Sequence record: PQ572755.1
Source of the DNA: Escherichia phage CAU_ECP01
DNA: 64,000 nt
Direction: 5' to 3' (one strand)
Shown: positions 38,321 to 51,291 of the stretch, one piece after another
Layout: every line of letters starts with the position of its first letter
Numbering within the stretch: position 1 is the stretch's first letter
Position numbers and translations under genes: made by a program
Notes under the pieces: generated by a model
Database searches by the model: none
The model's input: the letters and a program-made list of their open reading frames with translations, nothing else
Told to the model about the DNA's origin: nothing

Positions 38321-38338
38321 GGGAGACCGAAGTCTCCC
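38321..38338. terminator. terminator hairpin (GGGAGAC-UUCG-GUCUCCC on the minus strand), main terminator of gene 23
   Basis: Identical 18-nt hairpin to 14939-14956 and 57668-57685; U-rich tract follows on the minus strand. Confidence 0.7.
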
Positions 38339-38362
38339 AAAATAAGATTTAATCAATTAAGA

Positions 38363-39931
38363 TTAGATGCCTTTTACATATACACGGCGGAAGTAAGCGT
38401 TCTTACCAAGGCTGTTCAGGATAGACGGCATACCGGACTGGATGCGAGCACCTGGAGCCTGCAGGGAACTTTCAGCAAATGGGTTAACACCGATACCGTA
38501 ACGAGTTTTAAAGCCCATTACCGGCTGGAAGTTCTTAGGATCGGAACCACGCAGTGGGGTAAGTGCAACGTAAGGAGCATAGTAAATACCTGCATCCATT
38601 TCGTTAGCGCCTTTGTAACCAACGGTGAAGTAATCCTGTTTAGCATACTGGTCGATGTATACGCGGTATTTACCACCAAGTACACCGGCAAATACAGACT
38701 TAGTAGTGTCAGTATTAAAACCAGAAGCCAGACCCTGTGCAGCGTAAGAAATACCAGTATCAACTGAAGCCAGTACGTTAACTACGTTACGGGAAGCGAT
38801 AATGAAGTTACCTTCACCACGACCGGTTTGACGAGCAATTTCAACTGCTTCTTTATCAATCTGGAACAACAGAGATTTAAAGCTTTCACCGGCCCAACGA
38901 GCACCACGGATGTCAATCGGGTCCTGGAAGTCAAATACACCAGCTTTAGAACCAGGAGTCAGGGTCATACCAGATTTACCGACCTGTGCCGAGTAGTTAA
39001 TCCAATCAACAACTTCACGGTTGATTTCTAGCATAATTTCTGTAGCCAGAATACCGCTCAGTTCAGCATCAGCATCCATACCGTGTACTGCACGGAGGTC
39101 TTGTGCTAATTCGATAGAGTAAGCAGCTTTCAGCTGGCGAGATTTAGCTTCGATAACTTGTTTATCGATACGGAAGCCCATTTCATTCCATGGGTTATCG
39201 GTAGAACCGTTGAAACCTTCCTGGAGTTCAGCGATAGAAGTAGCCATACCTTCAGCGATTTCTACCAGTGCACCAGCTTCCATTTGTTTCTTAACTTCTG
39301 CATCTAATTTAGCTGCATCAGTTGCACCAGAATCAAGTGTTACGACAGCAGAAGCTTGCAGATATACAGTACCAGTTTCTTGGAAGAAGTGAGTATAGAT
39401 ATCACCTACAACAGTAGTAGTGTCAGCAGCCAGAGCTGGGAATTTCTTAGCAGCACCCTGACCAGAGAACATCGCGTCTGGGGCATACATCGGATGGAAA
39501 GCTTCTTTAGCGCCAGCAGCGATAGGGTCTTTACCATATACTGCACGGAGAGCAAATACCTGACCGGTCGGGCTGTTCATAGGCTGAACACCACAAATAT
39601 CAAAAGCGATCAGATTAGGAATAGCACGACGAACCATACCCATAACTGCCGGCCCAATCTGGGTTACTGCACCAGAGGTTTGACCTGCTGCGATGTTCTG
39701 AGCATTATAACCGTGGTCACCACCAATTTCAGCTTCGGTCAAGAAAGAACCAAATGCCTGAGCGATTTTCTCGTCTTTATATTCAGGGGATACTTCGAAA
39801 TCTTTTTCCTGGTTTTCGAAGATTTTAGCGATAATAGCCTGCTTGCTATTAGCGATTTCCGGCAGGCCTTCACCTTCCAGCAGTTCTTTCCATTTGTCTA
39901 CGAGCTGAGCTTTAGTTTTGATAATAGTCAT
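38363..39931 (-). CDS. 23: major capsid protein gp23
   Basis: 522 aa; near-identical to T4 gp23 across the whole length from memory. Confidence 0.95.
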   Translation of the reverse strand: MTIIKTKAQLVDKWKELLEGEGLPEIANSKQAIIAKIFENQEKDFEVSPEYKDEKIAQAFGSFLTEAEIGGDHGYNAQNIAAGQTSGAVTQIGPAVMGMVRRAIPNLIAFDICGVQPMNSPTGQVFALRAVYGKDPIAAGAKEAFHPMYAPDAMFSGQGAAKKFPALAADTTTVVGDIYTHFFQETGTVYLQASAVVTLDSGATDAAKLDAEVKKQMEAGALVEIAEGMATSIAELQEGFNGSTDNPWNEMGFRIDKQVIEAKSRQLKAAYSIELAQDLRAVHGMDADAELSGILATEIMLEINREVVDWINYSAQVGKSGMTLTPGSKAGVFDFQDPIDIRGARWAGESFKSLLFQIDKEAVEIARQTGRGEGNFIIASRNVVNVLASVDTGISYAAQGLASGFNTDTTKSVFAGVLGGKYRVYIDQYAKQDYFTVGYKGANEMDAGIYYAPYVALTPLRGSDPKNFQPVMGFKTRYGIGVNPFAESSLQAPGARIQSGMPSILNSLGKNAYFRRVYVKGI

Positions 39932-39948
39932 TTGTGTTAACCTTTAAA

Positions 39949-40761
39949 TTAGAAACGAGATGCGACTTTCGCATATAAACTTACATTAGAATTCTGTTCT
40001 ACCTGAGTTGTGGTAGTGTCAACTGCTTCGGCAACAAAATTAAGACCGGCAGCGTCATTGTCAACTGTATTTATACTTTCGGTAATAGCGGCTTCTTCTT
40101 TAGTAGAACCTTTAACCATTTCTACAATAGCAGTTAACTTAGTACCAAATGCGTCAGAATAATCCATACCTTCAACCAGGCCAATAACTTTTTCTTTCTG
40201 AGATTCAGTAAGGTCTTTTACGCTTTCATTAATAGCGGTTTCACGCTGAACGTAATTGATATATGCATCACGTTTGGTAACTTCTTCGAACAAACGAGCG
40301 GTTTCTTCTTTATGTTCGGCCAGCTCTTCTTCCATTTCTGCTACAACATCTACAGATTCTTCTGGAACAACAACGTTATGTTCAACAAACAGTTCTTTCA
40401 GACCACCAAGCATGGATTCGAACAAATCAGCTTTAATGCCTTTATCAACTGCGATTTGGTTTTCTGTGAGCCATTCTTTTGCAAGATGGTCCAGGAATTT
40501 AGAAGCTTGTTCAGCCAATTTTTTATCAGCTTTCTCTTCAGCATCTTCTTTAGCCTTTTCAACTTCTTCTTCGGCTTTTTCGGCGATAGCTTTGATATGA
40601 GATTCAGCCAGTTTGACTGCTTCCTGCTTAACGGTGGCTTCGAATACAGTGCTGAAATTAGCTTTAACGTCCGGAGACAGTTCTACTGATTCGAAAACAC
40701 TATTAAGAGCAACTGAAGTCTCGATATTCTGAGCTTCTTTCAAAAGTTGTTCTTTGATCAT
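39949..40761 (-). CDS. 22: prohead core scaffold protein gp22
   Basis: 270 aa, Glu/Lys-rich coiled-coil; T4 gp22 269 aa. Confidence 0.85.
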   Translation of the reverse strand: MIKEQLLKEAQNIETSVALNSVFESVELSPDVKANFSTVFEATVKQEAVKLAESHIKAIAEKAEEEVEKAKEDAEEKADKKLAEQASKFLDHLAKEWLTENQIAVDKGIKADLFESMLGGLKELFVEHNVVVPEESVDVVAEMEEELAEHKEETARLFEEVTKRDAYINYVQRETAINESVKDLTESQKEKVIGLVEGMDYSDAFGTKLTAIVEMVKGSTKEEAAITESINTVDNDAAGLNFVAEAVDTTTTQVEQNSNVSLYAKVASRF

Positions 40762-40791
40762 TTTAGTGTCCTGTGGTTTAGATTACATTAT

Positions 40792-40799
40792 TATTTATA
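40792..40799 (-). promoter_or_regulatory. late promoter (TATAAATA) for gene 22
   Basis: TATTTATA on the plus strand about 30 nt upstream of gene 22 start. Confidence 0.55.
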
Positions 40800-41436
40800 A
40801 TGCTTTTAAACTCTCTGCGAGAGCTTTAAATGCTTCATCAGCACTGTTTTTGGTGATTTCCACCGAATTTTCTGATTCTGATATTTGTTTAGGAGTAACC
40901 CAAGCATCTGGAGCAGAAGGTCCCCATACGGCATCTACGCCGACGGTTAATTTAAATCCTTCGTTCACGATACGGTACCCTTTATTGGTGTCGGTTAAAG
41001 AACCAAGACCACGAGAGGAAACACCTGGAATCCAACCAGCTCGTATATTAGCAGCTAATTTATCGCCGGGACCATGGTCGCCTTCAATAATTCTAGCGCG
41101 TCCATATACATCGTTTCCTTTCCACCACATATCTTCAATAATGATAGCGGCTTGCATAGGGTCAACATTTGCACGAGGTGGATGATTTAATTCTCCAAGG
41201 GCTTGTTTGGTTGCGACTTGTTCTTTAATATAGTCGCTTACGGCTTTTTCCAAAACACGTTTAGGATATAAACGTTTATTTCGGTTAACAACCTCTGCCT
41301 GAAGAAAAATACCTTCTATATAAAGCCCTGGTTTTAAGCCAGAATCTTTTCCATCATGAGATTCCAACATTGGAACGCCATCAATAATCTCACCGGGTTG
41401 ACCCCAAGTTTCAATAAGTAACTCGGGTTTATTCAT
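40795..41436 (-). CDS. 21: prohead protease gp21
   Basis: 213 aa (T4 gp21 212 aa); synteny. Confidence 0.85.
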   Translation of the reverse strand: MNKPELLIETWGQPGEIIDGVPMLESHDGKDSGLKPGLYIEGIFLQAEVVNRNKRLYPKRVLEKAVSDYIKEQVATKQALGELNHPPRANVDPMQAAIIIEDMWWKGNDVYGRARIIEGDHGPGDKLAANIRAGWIPGVSSRGLGSLTDTNKGYRIVNEGFKLTVGVDAVWGPSAPDAWVTPKQISESENSVEITKNSADEAFKALAESLKAL

Positions 41437-41861
41437 TAGCTTAATCCTAATGCTTTACGACGTTTAAGAGCTTTTTTACGCTTACGCATGCCTTTAACTT
41501 GGCCTGAAGGGTTAGCTTTTTTAGCTTTAACGACCTTACGAGCGATTTGTCTACGTTTTGCTTTAGAAAGACCGGTTGTTTGGAACGCGTTACGTTCACG
41601 AGTTTTACGGTCTTTAGTGCGGGTGACTTCACCACGAGAAGAAACATGTTTAACGATAAACTCATTTAACTGCTCTTCATTAATAATGGAAGCCATTGCA
41701 ACAGCTAAATCCGTTTCAGTTTCAAGCATGTTCTCGATAATAGTATTTATATCGTCAATATCGAGAGCAGAAGACAATGCATCGATTCGGCCCTGTGCTT
41801 CAGGAATAAGTGCTTCGACATTTTCGAGTACCAATTCATAAGATTCAGGGATAAGATACAT
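41436..41861 (-). CDS. 68: prohead core protein gp68
   Basis: 141 aa as in T4; basic C-terminus. Confidence 0.6.
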   Translation of the reverse strand: MYLIPESYELVLENVEALIPEAQGRIDALSSALDIDDINTIIENMLETETDLAVAMASIINEEQLNEFIVKHVSSRGEVTRTKDRKTRERNAFQTTGLSKAKRRQIARKVVKAKKANPSGQVKGMRKRKKALKRRKALGLS

Positions 41862-42097
41862 TATTCATCGTCCTCATCATCTTCGTCTTCGTCGTCATCG
41901 CCTTCATCAGCGTCGTCTTCCGAAGCTTTAGCTTTCTTTTCTTCTTCAGGTTCTTCGCCTTCAATCAAAAATTGAGAAGCGATTTCTGCTTTGCGTGCTT
42001 CAATCAAACGAACCGTTTTTTCTGCCATTGCACTTTCAAAAAACTTTCGAGTAGCAACGAGGTCGTTTGATTTAATAGCTTGAATTAAATCGTCCAT
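41861..42097 (-). CDS. 67: prohead core protein gp67
   Basis: 78 aa with poly-acidic C-terminus ([18 protein letters not shown]). Confidence 0.6.
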   Translation of the reverse strand: MDDLIQAIKSNDLVATRKFFESAMAEKTVRLIEARKAEIASQFLIEGEEPEEEKKAKASEDDADEGDDDEDEDDEDDE

Positions 42098-43668
42098 TAA
42101 AAATCCTCTTGTTCTTGGTCGGGGTCTTGGAAACGAGCCTCTTTCGACTCTTCTTCAATTTGCTTAGCCTCTTGTTCAATTTCCTCGTCAGACATCTGAA
42201 GAATATCTTTCATAGCTGTTCTGTGAGAAATATATTTACCAATAAATGGTTCGGCCATCTGAAGCATATTAATGCGACGCTCCAGAATCTCAGCATCCTT
42301 TAATTCCGAGAAATAACTATCCCGATGAAATTTTATCTTAATATTATTTATTTCATCATTCCACTCATCTTCTGTAATAATTCCTTTAAGAATTAAATTA
42401 GTTTTAAGCGGGTCTAGGAATATCTCTTCAAATTTATGTTGCAGCTCACGAATAAATTTACCAAATGTCAATTCATCTCGTGTAATAGAAGTACCAGCAT
42501 CAAACTGTATACCACCTTGGTCGCTTGGAATACGGGTAATAGGAATACGTAAAGCCATATAAAGCGCATTACGGAACCAACGTACATCTTCCATATTTCC
42601 GGTATTATCTGCACCCGGTAATGTATCAACTTCTGTTACTGCTTTACCATCACGTCGTTGTAACCAATAATCTTCGGTCATCGACATAATATGCTGCTGG
42701 TTTTTAATCTTGCCTGTAGTAGCATCATATGCAATACGGTTTTTCATCGTATTCATAACATGTTGCATATGTTCTGCTGCTTTTCTTGAAGGCATATTAC
42801 CTGTATCAACGTACCATACACGACGATCGGGAGCACGAGTAATACGATAAATTACAACAGCATCTTCAAGAAGTTTTAATTGGTTCGCCGGCTTAATAGC
42901 CCGATGCAAATAACCAATGATATTTTTACCACAGCAATCAACTAAACCAGAATGGGCATAAACAATCGCGGCTTTAGGGATTTTTATTTTTGTGCCAGCT
43001 TCATATATGCGACCATCACAAGCATAAGATTCGTGTGATGTGTCATAAATGAAATATTCTTTATAACCCTTGACTATTTTAACACCGGCTTCAGTGGTTG
43101 TAATAACTTCACGGACATATTGAACTTGACGTGGGTCTAAACGACGAAGCTCTTTAATACCTTCTTTAGGGCGTTTAGGGTCAATAATTTTATGGAAGAA
43201 AATTCGAGAATCCACATACCAACGTCTAAAATGATCTGAACCTTTACGTTGGAAAGATAAATGATTTAACACTTCGTTAAATTCATCCAACATCATTGAT
43301 TTGATATTTGGACTAAATTTTGTGTTGTCTAAATTTATAGAAACGACTTCTGTATCATCTTCATATACGATAGCATCGGAAACTATTTCGGAGACTGCAT
43401 TATCCACTTCATAGTTCGTCATCAAATTTCGATACGTATCGATTAATTCACGGGTTGATTTGAGCCCTGGTTCTTGACTACCGAACATTCTCTGAAACAT
43501 AGCATTATATGTTTGCTGTGCTTCATTTTCAGATACTTCGTATTCTTTCGCACCGTCGTCCAATTTTGGTGTGGTGATCGATTCTAAATTTTCTTTTTCT
43601 TGGTCTTTGTAATCACGTTCGTCCATTTTTGCCCATGGAGCAAACAAACTTAAGATATTAAATTTCAT
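42097..43668 (-). CDS. 20: portal vertex protein gp20
   Basis: 523 aa (T4 gp20 524 aa); synteny. Confidence 0.9.
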   Translation of the reverse strand: MKFNILSLFAPWAKMDERDYKDQEKENLESITTPKLDDGAKEYEVSENEAQQTYNAMFQRMFGSQEPGLKSTRELIDTYRNLMTNYEVDNAVSEIVSDAIVYEDDTEVVSINLDNTKFSPNIKSMMLDEFNEVLNHLSFQRKGSDHFRRWYVDSRIFFHKIIDPKRPKEGIKELRRLDPRQVQYVREVITTTEAGVKIVKGYKEYFIYDTSHESYACDGRIYEAGTKIKIPKAAIVYAHSGLVDCCGKNIIGYLHRAIKPANQLKLLEDAVVIYRITRAPDRRVWYVDTGNMPSRKAAEHMQHVMNTMKNRIAYDATTGKIKNQQHIMSMTEDYWLQRRDGKAVTEVDTLPGADNTGNMEDVRWFRNALYMALRIPITRIPSDQGGIQFDAGTSITRDELTFGKFIRELQHKFEEIFLDPLKTNLILKGIITEDEWNDEINNIKIKFHRDSYFSELKDAEILERRINMLQMAEPFIGKYISHRTAMKDILQMSDEEIEQEAKQIEEESKEARFQDPDQEQEDF

Positions 43669-43696
43669 TGTATTCTCCGAATGGGAATTATAGTTA

Positions 43697-43704
43697 TATT
43701 TATA
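43697..43704 (-). promoter_or_regulatory. late promoter (TATAAATA) for gene 20
   Basis: TATTTATA on the plus strand about 29 nt upstream of gene 20 start. Confidence 0.6.
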
Positions 43705-43731
43705 TGGACTTCTCCGTCATCACGGGAAGCT

Positions 43732-43745
43732 GGGGATTTCTCCCC
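43732..43745 (-). other. stem-loop (GGGGA-GAAA-UCCCC) after gene 19
   Basis: 5-bp G/C stem with GAAA loop between gene 19 stop and the gene 20 late promoter. Confidence 0.4.
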
Positions 43746-43752
43746 AACCAGA

Positions 43753-44244
43753 TTATTCCCACCAATCAAGAGCAAGAGTTACTTCGAACGTTTCAATCTC
43801 GTTATTCGAATCCCAGTCAAGAGATACTTCACCAACGTTAGTAGGCCACAAGCCAACAATTTCAACTTCTTTAGTGACCGTTTTAGCATCACGAGCAAAT
43901 TGACGAACGATAGCAGTCTTTTTATATTCAGCAGGTTTACCACCGGTAATTTCATTACCTTGGCCTGCTGCAATACCTTGCCAATCAACAAATTTCTGAC
44001 GAATACTATGAGCATCGTCGTTCATTACTGTAATAGTCCAATCATCGAATGTACGATCACCGGCCACGTTAATTTTACGGTTCATATAAGAAACAGGAAC
44101 CTTTTCAACAATTGCAGCAGGAAGAGCCGTAGCACGACACTGGAAGCTAAAGTTTTGCCCAAGATAAGAGATTTCTACTTCGAACAGGTTAGGGCGAGCG
44201 AAATCACCAGATTCGAAGGCGCGAGTTACATCATCTACAAACAT
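43753..44244 (-). CDS. 19: tail tube protein gp19
   Basis: 163 aa as in T4 gp19. Confidence 0.9.
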   Translation of the reverse strand: MFVDDVTRAFESGDFARPNLFEVEISYLGQNFSFQCRATALPAAIVEKVPVSYMNRKINVAGDRTFDDWTITVMNDDAHSIRQKFVDWQGIAAGQGNEITGGKPAEYKKTAIVRQFARDAKTVTKEVEIVGLWPTNVGEVSLDWDSNNEIETFEVTLALDWWE

Positions 44245-44316
44245 ATTAGCCTCTGTAGTAATATGGGCTTAGGATTAACCAGATGCCCATAGAATTAATT
44301 TTTAAACGATATAGTA

Positions 44317-44324
44317 TATTTATA
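44317..44324 (-). promoter_or_regulatory. late promoter (TATAAATA) for gene 19
   Basis: TATTTATA on the plus strand directly 3-prime of the post-gene-18 hairpin. Confidence 0.5.
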
Positions 44325-44344
44325 TGGGCTACCGAAATAGCCCA
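44324..44344 (-). terminator. stem-loop / partial terminator after gene 18 (AUGGGCUA-UUUCGG-UAGCCCAU)
   Basis: 8-bp perfect stem between gene 18 stop and the gene 19 late promoter. Confidence 0.5.
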
Positions 44345-44356
44345 TCAGGCGTCTTA

Positions 44357-46339
44357 TTAACCACCTACAGCACCAATCAGTTCGTCGAAATCGGCACCAG
44401 TTGCTGTTGCTACAAAGTTCAACGTAATATAATTTATCGAGCGGGCAGGTTGTAAGTAGAAAGTAGCTACAAATTCATTACGGTCGATAACTGCTGGGGT
44501 GTTATTGGTAGTATCACAAACAACTTTAAAGTTATATACACCACCGAGAGCTTTAATACCCTGTAGATATTGAGAAGTCTCCGTACGGAAAGAAGAACGG
44601 GTAAATGCGTTGTTCAATTCAAACAGGCGATATTTAGATGCTGAACCAATGTTCGTTTTAACCATATTGAACAAACGACGAACGTTAATACGGTCAAATG
44701 GTGAAGGAACGGAAGTGGCAGTTTTATCGCCGTACAGAACATATCCGTCACCACCGGTACCAGTAACAGGGTTAATAGCTTCCTGATACAAACGATCACG
44801 TTGTGGTTGACGAGTTTCAATTGCAAGCTTAATAACGTTAAGAATTTGTCCACGGTTATAACCGGCCGGAGACATCCAAGGCTGAGAAATATTGTCTGTG
44901 CGAGCACAAAGACCGGCAATATCAGCAGCTAACGGAACCCAACGATTCACATCGTTATATTTGTCGTATTGATATTTATAGTTACCGTCAATAGCAGCAT
45001 AAGTAGAACTTACATTAAAGTTATTATCAGTGTAAGATCCTGATGCAGTACGCCAATCAACCAGATTATCAACTGCACGATTAACAGGAATACCGACTAT
45101 AGTTGCACGTGGTGGTGAGCAAAGAACCAAGCAATCTTGACGAGAATCACCAATTGCTACAACATGTTTCTGAACTGTAGAAGCAACTTCTAAAGATTCA
45201 CCTGCACAAGAACCGGCAATAAACAACTGCGCATTAACAGATTCGCGGTCCGCAAACAAATCCCAAGCTTCCATTAAATCACCAGCGTCAACCGTTTCAT
45301 TAGATGATAAGCCACCACTCAGTTTGATTACACCAGAGAAACCTTTTGGCCAACCTTGTGCAGTAGCGAAAATATAATTGCTTGCGCCTTTAGCAAAGAA
45401 ATCATCAATAAAGATATTACTACCATAAATATCGCGTTCACCGCGTTTAGTAGAAAGAACTACACTCTGGACTACAGCATCGTTACGACGAACGATAATC
45501 GCATATTGGTCATCAGTTTGTGGGCCATACCCAAAGATTGCTTTAGCAGTAGATGCGCGAGTACCACCATCAGGATAAATTTTTAACTGGGCTGAAGCAC
45601 CTTTGTCATAGTCTGCTTTAGATACGATTTCAATTTCGAGCCGGTCGCCAAGTTCACCAGGATAAAGAGCAACTACGCCTGGGACACCATATTTTTTAAT
45701 AGATTCTTGGAAAGTTAGAGAAGTAATAGCTTCTTCTGAAGTTTCAACTTCAGTCAACAGAATACCTGAATCGGTTACGATAGAACCAATTGTAATAACG
45801 CCAGAGAGTCCAGAAGAAGAACCGGCAACTTCGGCGGTCCAGTTAGAACCTAATGCCGGATATTCATTAATTTCTTTTGCACGAGCAATAATTTTACCGG
45901 TTGGGATATAAATGTTAAGGATTTTACCATCGACATCAACTGAAGTGACATAACCATCTGCTTCAACAGTTTCGGACAAATACTTAACGATAATTTTATC
46001 ACCAACCGCATAGTTACTACCTGCAGCTGAGATTGTGAATTCGATATTGCCTGCTACAGGAGATGAGTTCTTAGCAGTATCACGATCAACTGCGCGTACA
46101 ACACGAAGGTCATTACCGTATTGAAGGAAGTTCATAGCAGACATGAAATAATCTGCTGTATCCGTATTAGGAGTACCAAACATATCAACCAATGCAACTT
46201 CATCGGTGATTTGTTTAATCTGGAATGCAGGGCCCCATTGGAATTTTCCAGCCAGAGCAGCAGTACCAGTGGAGTTATTAACTACAGTACTCTGTACGGT
46301 AGTTTCTTTGAGCTCAACGCCCGGAGAGAGAAGTGACAT
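44357..46339 (-). CDS. 18: tail sheath protein gp18
   Basis: 660 aa (T4 gp18 659 aa). Confidence 0.9.
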   Translation of the reverse strand: MSLLSPGVELKETTVQSTVVNNSTGTAALAGKFQWGPAFQIKQITDEVALVDMFGTPNTDTADYFMSAMNFLQYGNDLRVVRAVDRDTAKNSSPVAGNIEFTISAAGSNYAVGDKIIVKYLSETVEADGYVTSVDVDGKILNIYIPTGKIIARAKEINEYPALGSNWTAEVAGSSSGLSGVITIGSIVTDSGILLTEVETSEEAITSLTFQESIKKYGVPGVVALYPGELGDRLEIEIVSKADYDKGASAQLKIYPDGGTRASTAKAIFGYGPQTDDQYAIIVRRNDAVVQSVVLSTKRGERDIYGSNIFIDDFFAKGASNYIFATAQGWPKGFSGVIKLSGGLSSNETVDAGDLMEAWDLFADRESVNAQLFIAGSCAGESLEVASTVQKHVVAIGDSRQDCLVLCSPPRATIVGIPVNRAVDNLVDWRTASGSYTDNNFNVSSTYAAIDGNYKYQYDKYNDVNRWVPLAADIAGLCARTDNISQPWMSPAGYNRGQILNVIKLAIETRQPQRDRLYQEAINPVTGTGGDGYVLYGDKTATSVPSPFDRINVRRLFNMVKTNIGSASKYRLFELNNAFTRSSFRTETSQYLQGIKALGGVYNFKVVCDTTNNTPAVIDRNEFVATFYLQPARSINYITLNFVATATGADFDELIGAVGG

Positions 46340-46366
46340 TTTAATTCCTCTTAATTTGCTTTATTT

Positions 46367-48683
<2,317 letters not shown>

Positions 48684-48692
48684 ATTTACCTC

Positions 48693-49517
48693 TTATTGTT
48701 TTCTAGGACCAGGAGGGGTTGGTGGAGTCGGGATTGGAATATCATGAGTATAAGTTTGTTCAACTTCACCATTCCAATCTTGTGCTTCAACGTCTCTCGG
48801 TTTAATTTCTGTATCAACTGATTCAAAAACGCTGGCGGCTGTTTGAAGGTCTCGTTCATTAGCATGAAAATCAAGATAAGTCGTTTTAATAAGGCCTTCA
48901 GCTGCGCCTACCGGAGGATACATCCATCCATTTACTTCAAATGTTAATGACCACTCTAAACGTCGACGGGATAAATTATCACCGTCTATTTGTTCATCCA
49001 TTGCTGCCGCCATCCATACGACTTTAATATCCCTTTCAAATGGAATATCCTGCCCATATTGCTCAATCATAGTCGTATTAAAATGCGGCTGAAAATATGG
49101 AATAATTTGCTCAACGATTTGGAACATATCATCTTCGTAACGAGTAAAGATGCTCAGTTCAAAAATCATTTTAATTGGTGATGGGTTGTATTGGTCTACA
49201 ATATCCTTAGTCGATTTACTCAAAAGAGAGTTATTCAATATATTCGTTTTAAAAGTCGGGTTATAAACGAAATCTACCATTTGGAGATTTATACGTGGTA
49301 GAATAGTTTCGACTTTAGCCACATCTTCTTGTGAGTTTATAGAGGTCCATTTATTAAGTTTCATCATAAAGTGCTCTTTAGATGCATACGTAATAGGAAC
49401 TCTAATTAATTTATTGCCTGTAGTCAATTGACGGTTAACTTGGATATTTGAAAACAAATCGCCCATCATTGTGATATATCGCCTGAACGACGAGTTGTAA
49501 AAATAACCAAACATCAT
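48693..49517 (-). CDS. 15: tail sheath stabiliser / tail completion protein gp15
   Basis: 274 aa (T4 gp15 272 aa). Confidence 0.8.
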   Translation of the reverse strand: MMFGYFYNSSFRRYITMMGDLFSNIQVNRQLTTGNKLIRVPITYASKEHFMMKLNKWTSINSQEDVAKVETILPRINLQMVDFVYNPTFKTNILNNSLLSKSTKDIVDQYNPSPIKMIFELSIFTRYEDDMFQIVEQIIPYFQPHFNTTMIEQYGQDIPFERDIKVVWMAAAMDEQIDGDNLSRRRLEWSLTFEVNGWMYPPVGAAEGLIKTTYLDFHANERDLQTAASVFESVDTEIKPRDVEAQDWNGEVEQTYTHDIPIPTPPTPPGPRKQ

Positions 49518-49525
49518 TTCTCCTA

Positions 49526-49543
49526 ACCGGCCTTTCGACCGGT
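49526..49543 (-). other. short GC stem-loop upstream of gene 15 SD
   Basis: ACCGG / CCGGT 5-bp stem between gene 14 stop and gene 15 SD. Confidence 0.3.
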
Positions 49544-49566
49544 GTTTGCTTTATCTTATCTATTTA

Positions 49567-50331
49567 TTAATTCATAAACCCATCGTCAAATGGTGAATTT
49601 TGTCTACCACGGTTGTTAACTACTACATATGGTTCAACGTATTCACTTGCCTCTGAATTGATTTGCTCAACTTCAGAATATTCATCGATATTAATGTCAT
49701 GGATACCGTCAAGATTTCTAACAGGGTTAAGTTCCAAGTCACTAAATTCAGGTATATTGATACCTTCATTTTTCTGAAGCACCGGATTGATTTCTTCGCC
49801 AGAGTAAATAAACTTGCCTGCAGTAATTTTACGAATCGCATTTTTACCTACTTGATAGAACGGGTCATATGGTTCAACCCAGTTAATCTCAAACAAACTG
49901 TTGTCCATTGGGAAGTATATTAAATCACCTTCCTTAGGCTCCTGATTGTTGACCTGGTGTTTGAAAAGACCCGGGTTAATAGATAATGTAACTTCATCTT
50001 GAACTTGCATTCCGAAGTTGCTGAAGAACGATTTCGCTCCTTCATAACCTTCAAAAGAGTTCAGATACGCAGCAAATTTCCATGCTTTAGTAAATTTATT
50101 TTTAAGGTCCTCACCAAAGATAAGATCCACAGCAACATATTCACGTGGAACATAAAAACATTCAATACCGCGCATTTGTATGCTTTCTGCCACTAGAACA
50201 TCAGCTAATGTCTGACTATTCTCATAGTTATTAAAATTGACAAATGGATTGAGGATTTCGGTCTCATTTGTCTGAGAATACCCGCCACGATTTTCTAGTT
50301 TGGCGAAAAGATTTTTATCATAAGTCGCCAT
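49567..50331 (-). CDS. 14: neck protein gp14
   Basis: 254 aa (T4 gp14 256 aa). Confidence 0.8.
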   Translation of the reverse strand: MATYDKNLFAKLENRGGYSQTNETEILNPFVNFNNYENSQTLADVLVAESIQMRGIECFYVPREYVAVDLIFGEDLKNKFTKAWKFAAYLNSFEGYEGAKSFFSNFGMQVQDEVTLSINPGLFKHQVNNQEPKEGDLIYFPMDNSLFEINWVEPYDPFYQVGKNAIRKITAGKFIYSGEEINPVLQKNEGINIPEFSDLELNPVRNLDGIHDINIDEYSEVEQINSEASEYVEPYVVVNNRGRQNSPFDDGFMN

Positions 50332-50332
50332 A

Positions 50333-51259
50333 TTAACCTACCAAAATACCTGCAGGAGGGTCTAGTAAATATAACTCTTCTCGTAAAGCTTCTTTCTCTA
50401 AACGAGCTTCTTCAATTAATCGAACACCATCAACAGTGACACCACCAGGTAACATCATACCTTGATGTTTAGCAAGAATTTGTCCATTAAGCTCTTTAGC
50501 TAATGCAGTCGCATAATCTTTAACCCAGCGGTTGTTATATGCGCCTTGTTTGGTTGCAGGATCTTCACCGACTCGTCGTCCGTCCAAATTATGGTCTGGG
50601 TTGTCATAACGTTCAGAAAGAGACCATGAATCACGAGGACCGACCTGTCCGTACCCTACTGTATTTCCTACCATCTTATGGGTCTCGATATAAGAGCGAA
50701 CATACGATTCAACGATAATGACATCTTTCTGTCTAAAATTACCCATTACTTTTAATTGCTCGTTTGCAGAGTTAAACCAAAAATCCGGAAGAGGAGCAAT
50801 CATATCTTGAAGCATACCCATATAAGATACTAATTGAGAATAATACCCGAGGTCGGCACCAAAAGCGTTCGGACCGTAGAATTTACCACAATTACTACCC
50901 ATACCACCAGAAACACCGGCCATTCCTAAAAGGAAATCAGTGAACCAAGGATAAGTTGCATTACCGTCCATTGAAGTAATAGAGCCAACGTTTGTTCTTA
51001 TAATTCTTGTTACAGCAAATACATTAGAACCACGCATATCAAATACGCCATGACGATATTTTTCTTCGTCGTCAACAAAAAATACGTGGAAACCTTTATT
51101 CAATCCATCAAAATGATATTCGCCATAAAGTTCTAACGCCCGTGAAATACAATCATAAATTTGGTCTGCAGTTAATTCAACATTTACAATAGGAGCGCCT
51201 AAACGACGTAATATTACATCCTTTAATTCTTTAGGGTTTTGTGCATTATAACCTGACAT
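50333..51259 (-). CDS. 13: neck protein gp13
   Basis: 308 aa (T4 gp13 309 aa). Confidence 0.8.
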   Translation of the reverse strand: MSGYNAQNPKELKDVILRRLGAPIVNVELTADQIYDCISRALELYGEYHFDGLNKGFHVFFVDDEEKYRHGVFDMRGSNVFAVTRIIRTNVGSITSMDGNATYPWFTDFLLGMAGVSGGMGSNCGKFYGPNAFGADLGYYSQLVSYMGMLQDMIAPLPDFWFNSANEQLKVMGNFRQKDVIIVESYVRSYIETHKMVGNTVGYGQVGPRDSWSLSERYDNPDHNLDGRRVGEDPATKQGAYNNRWVKDYATALAKELNGQILAKHQGMMLPGGVTVDGVRLIEEARLEKEALREELYLLDPPAGILVG

Positions 51260-51271
51260 ATAAATCCTTTA

Positions 51272-51287
51272 GGGCCCGAAGGCCCTT
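51272..51287 (-). other. UUCG-tetraloop stem-loop (AGGGCC-UUCG-GGCCCU) after wac
   Basis: Between wac stop and the gene 13 SD; no U-tract. Confidence 0.45.
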
Positions 51288-51291
51288 TTCA

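Noticed and set aside
38297-38767. 156-aa plus-strand ORF antisense to the major capsid gene
   Set aside because: Lies entirely within the highly conserved gene 23 on the opposite strand, has no SD or promoter and odd composition; treated as a spurious antisense frame.
40256-40689. Two Ser/Phe-rich plus-strand ORFs inside gene 22
   Set aside because: Low-complexity translation of the complement of the Glu/Lys-rich scaffold gene; artefact of compositional bias.
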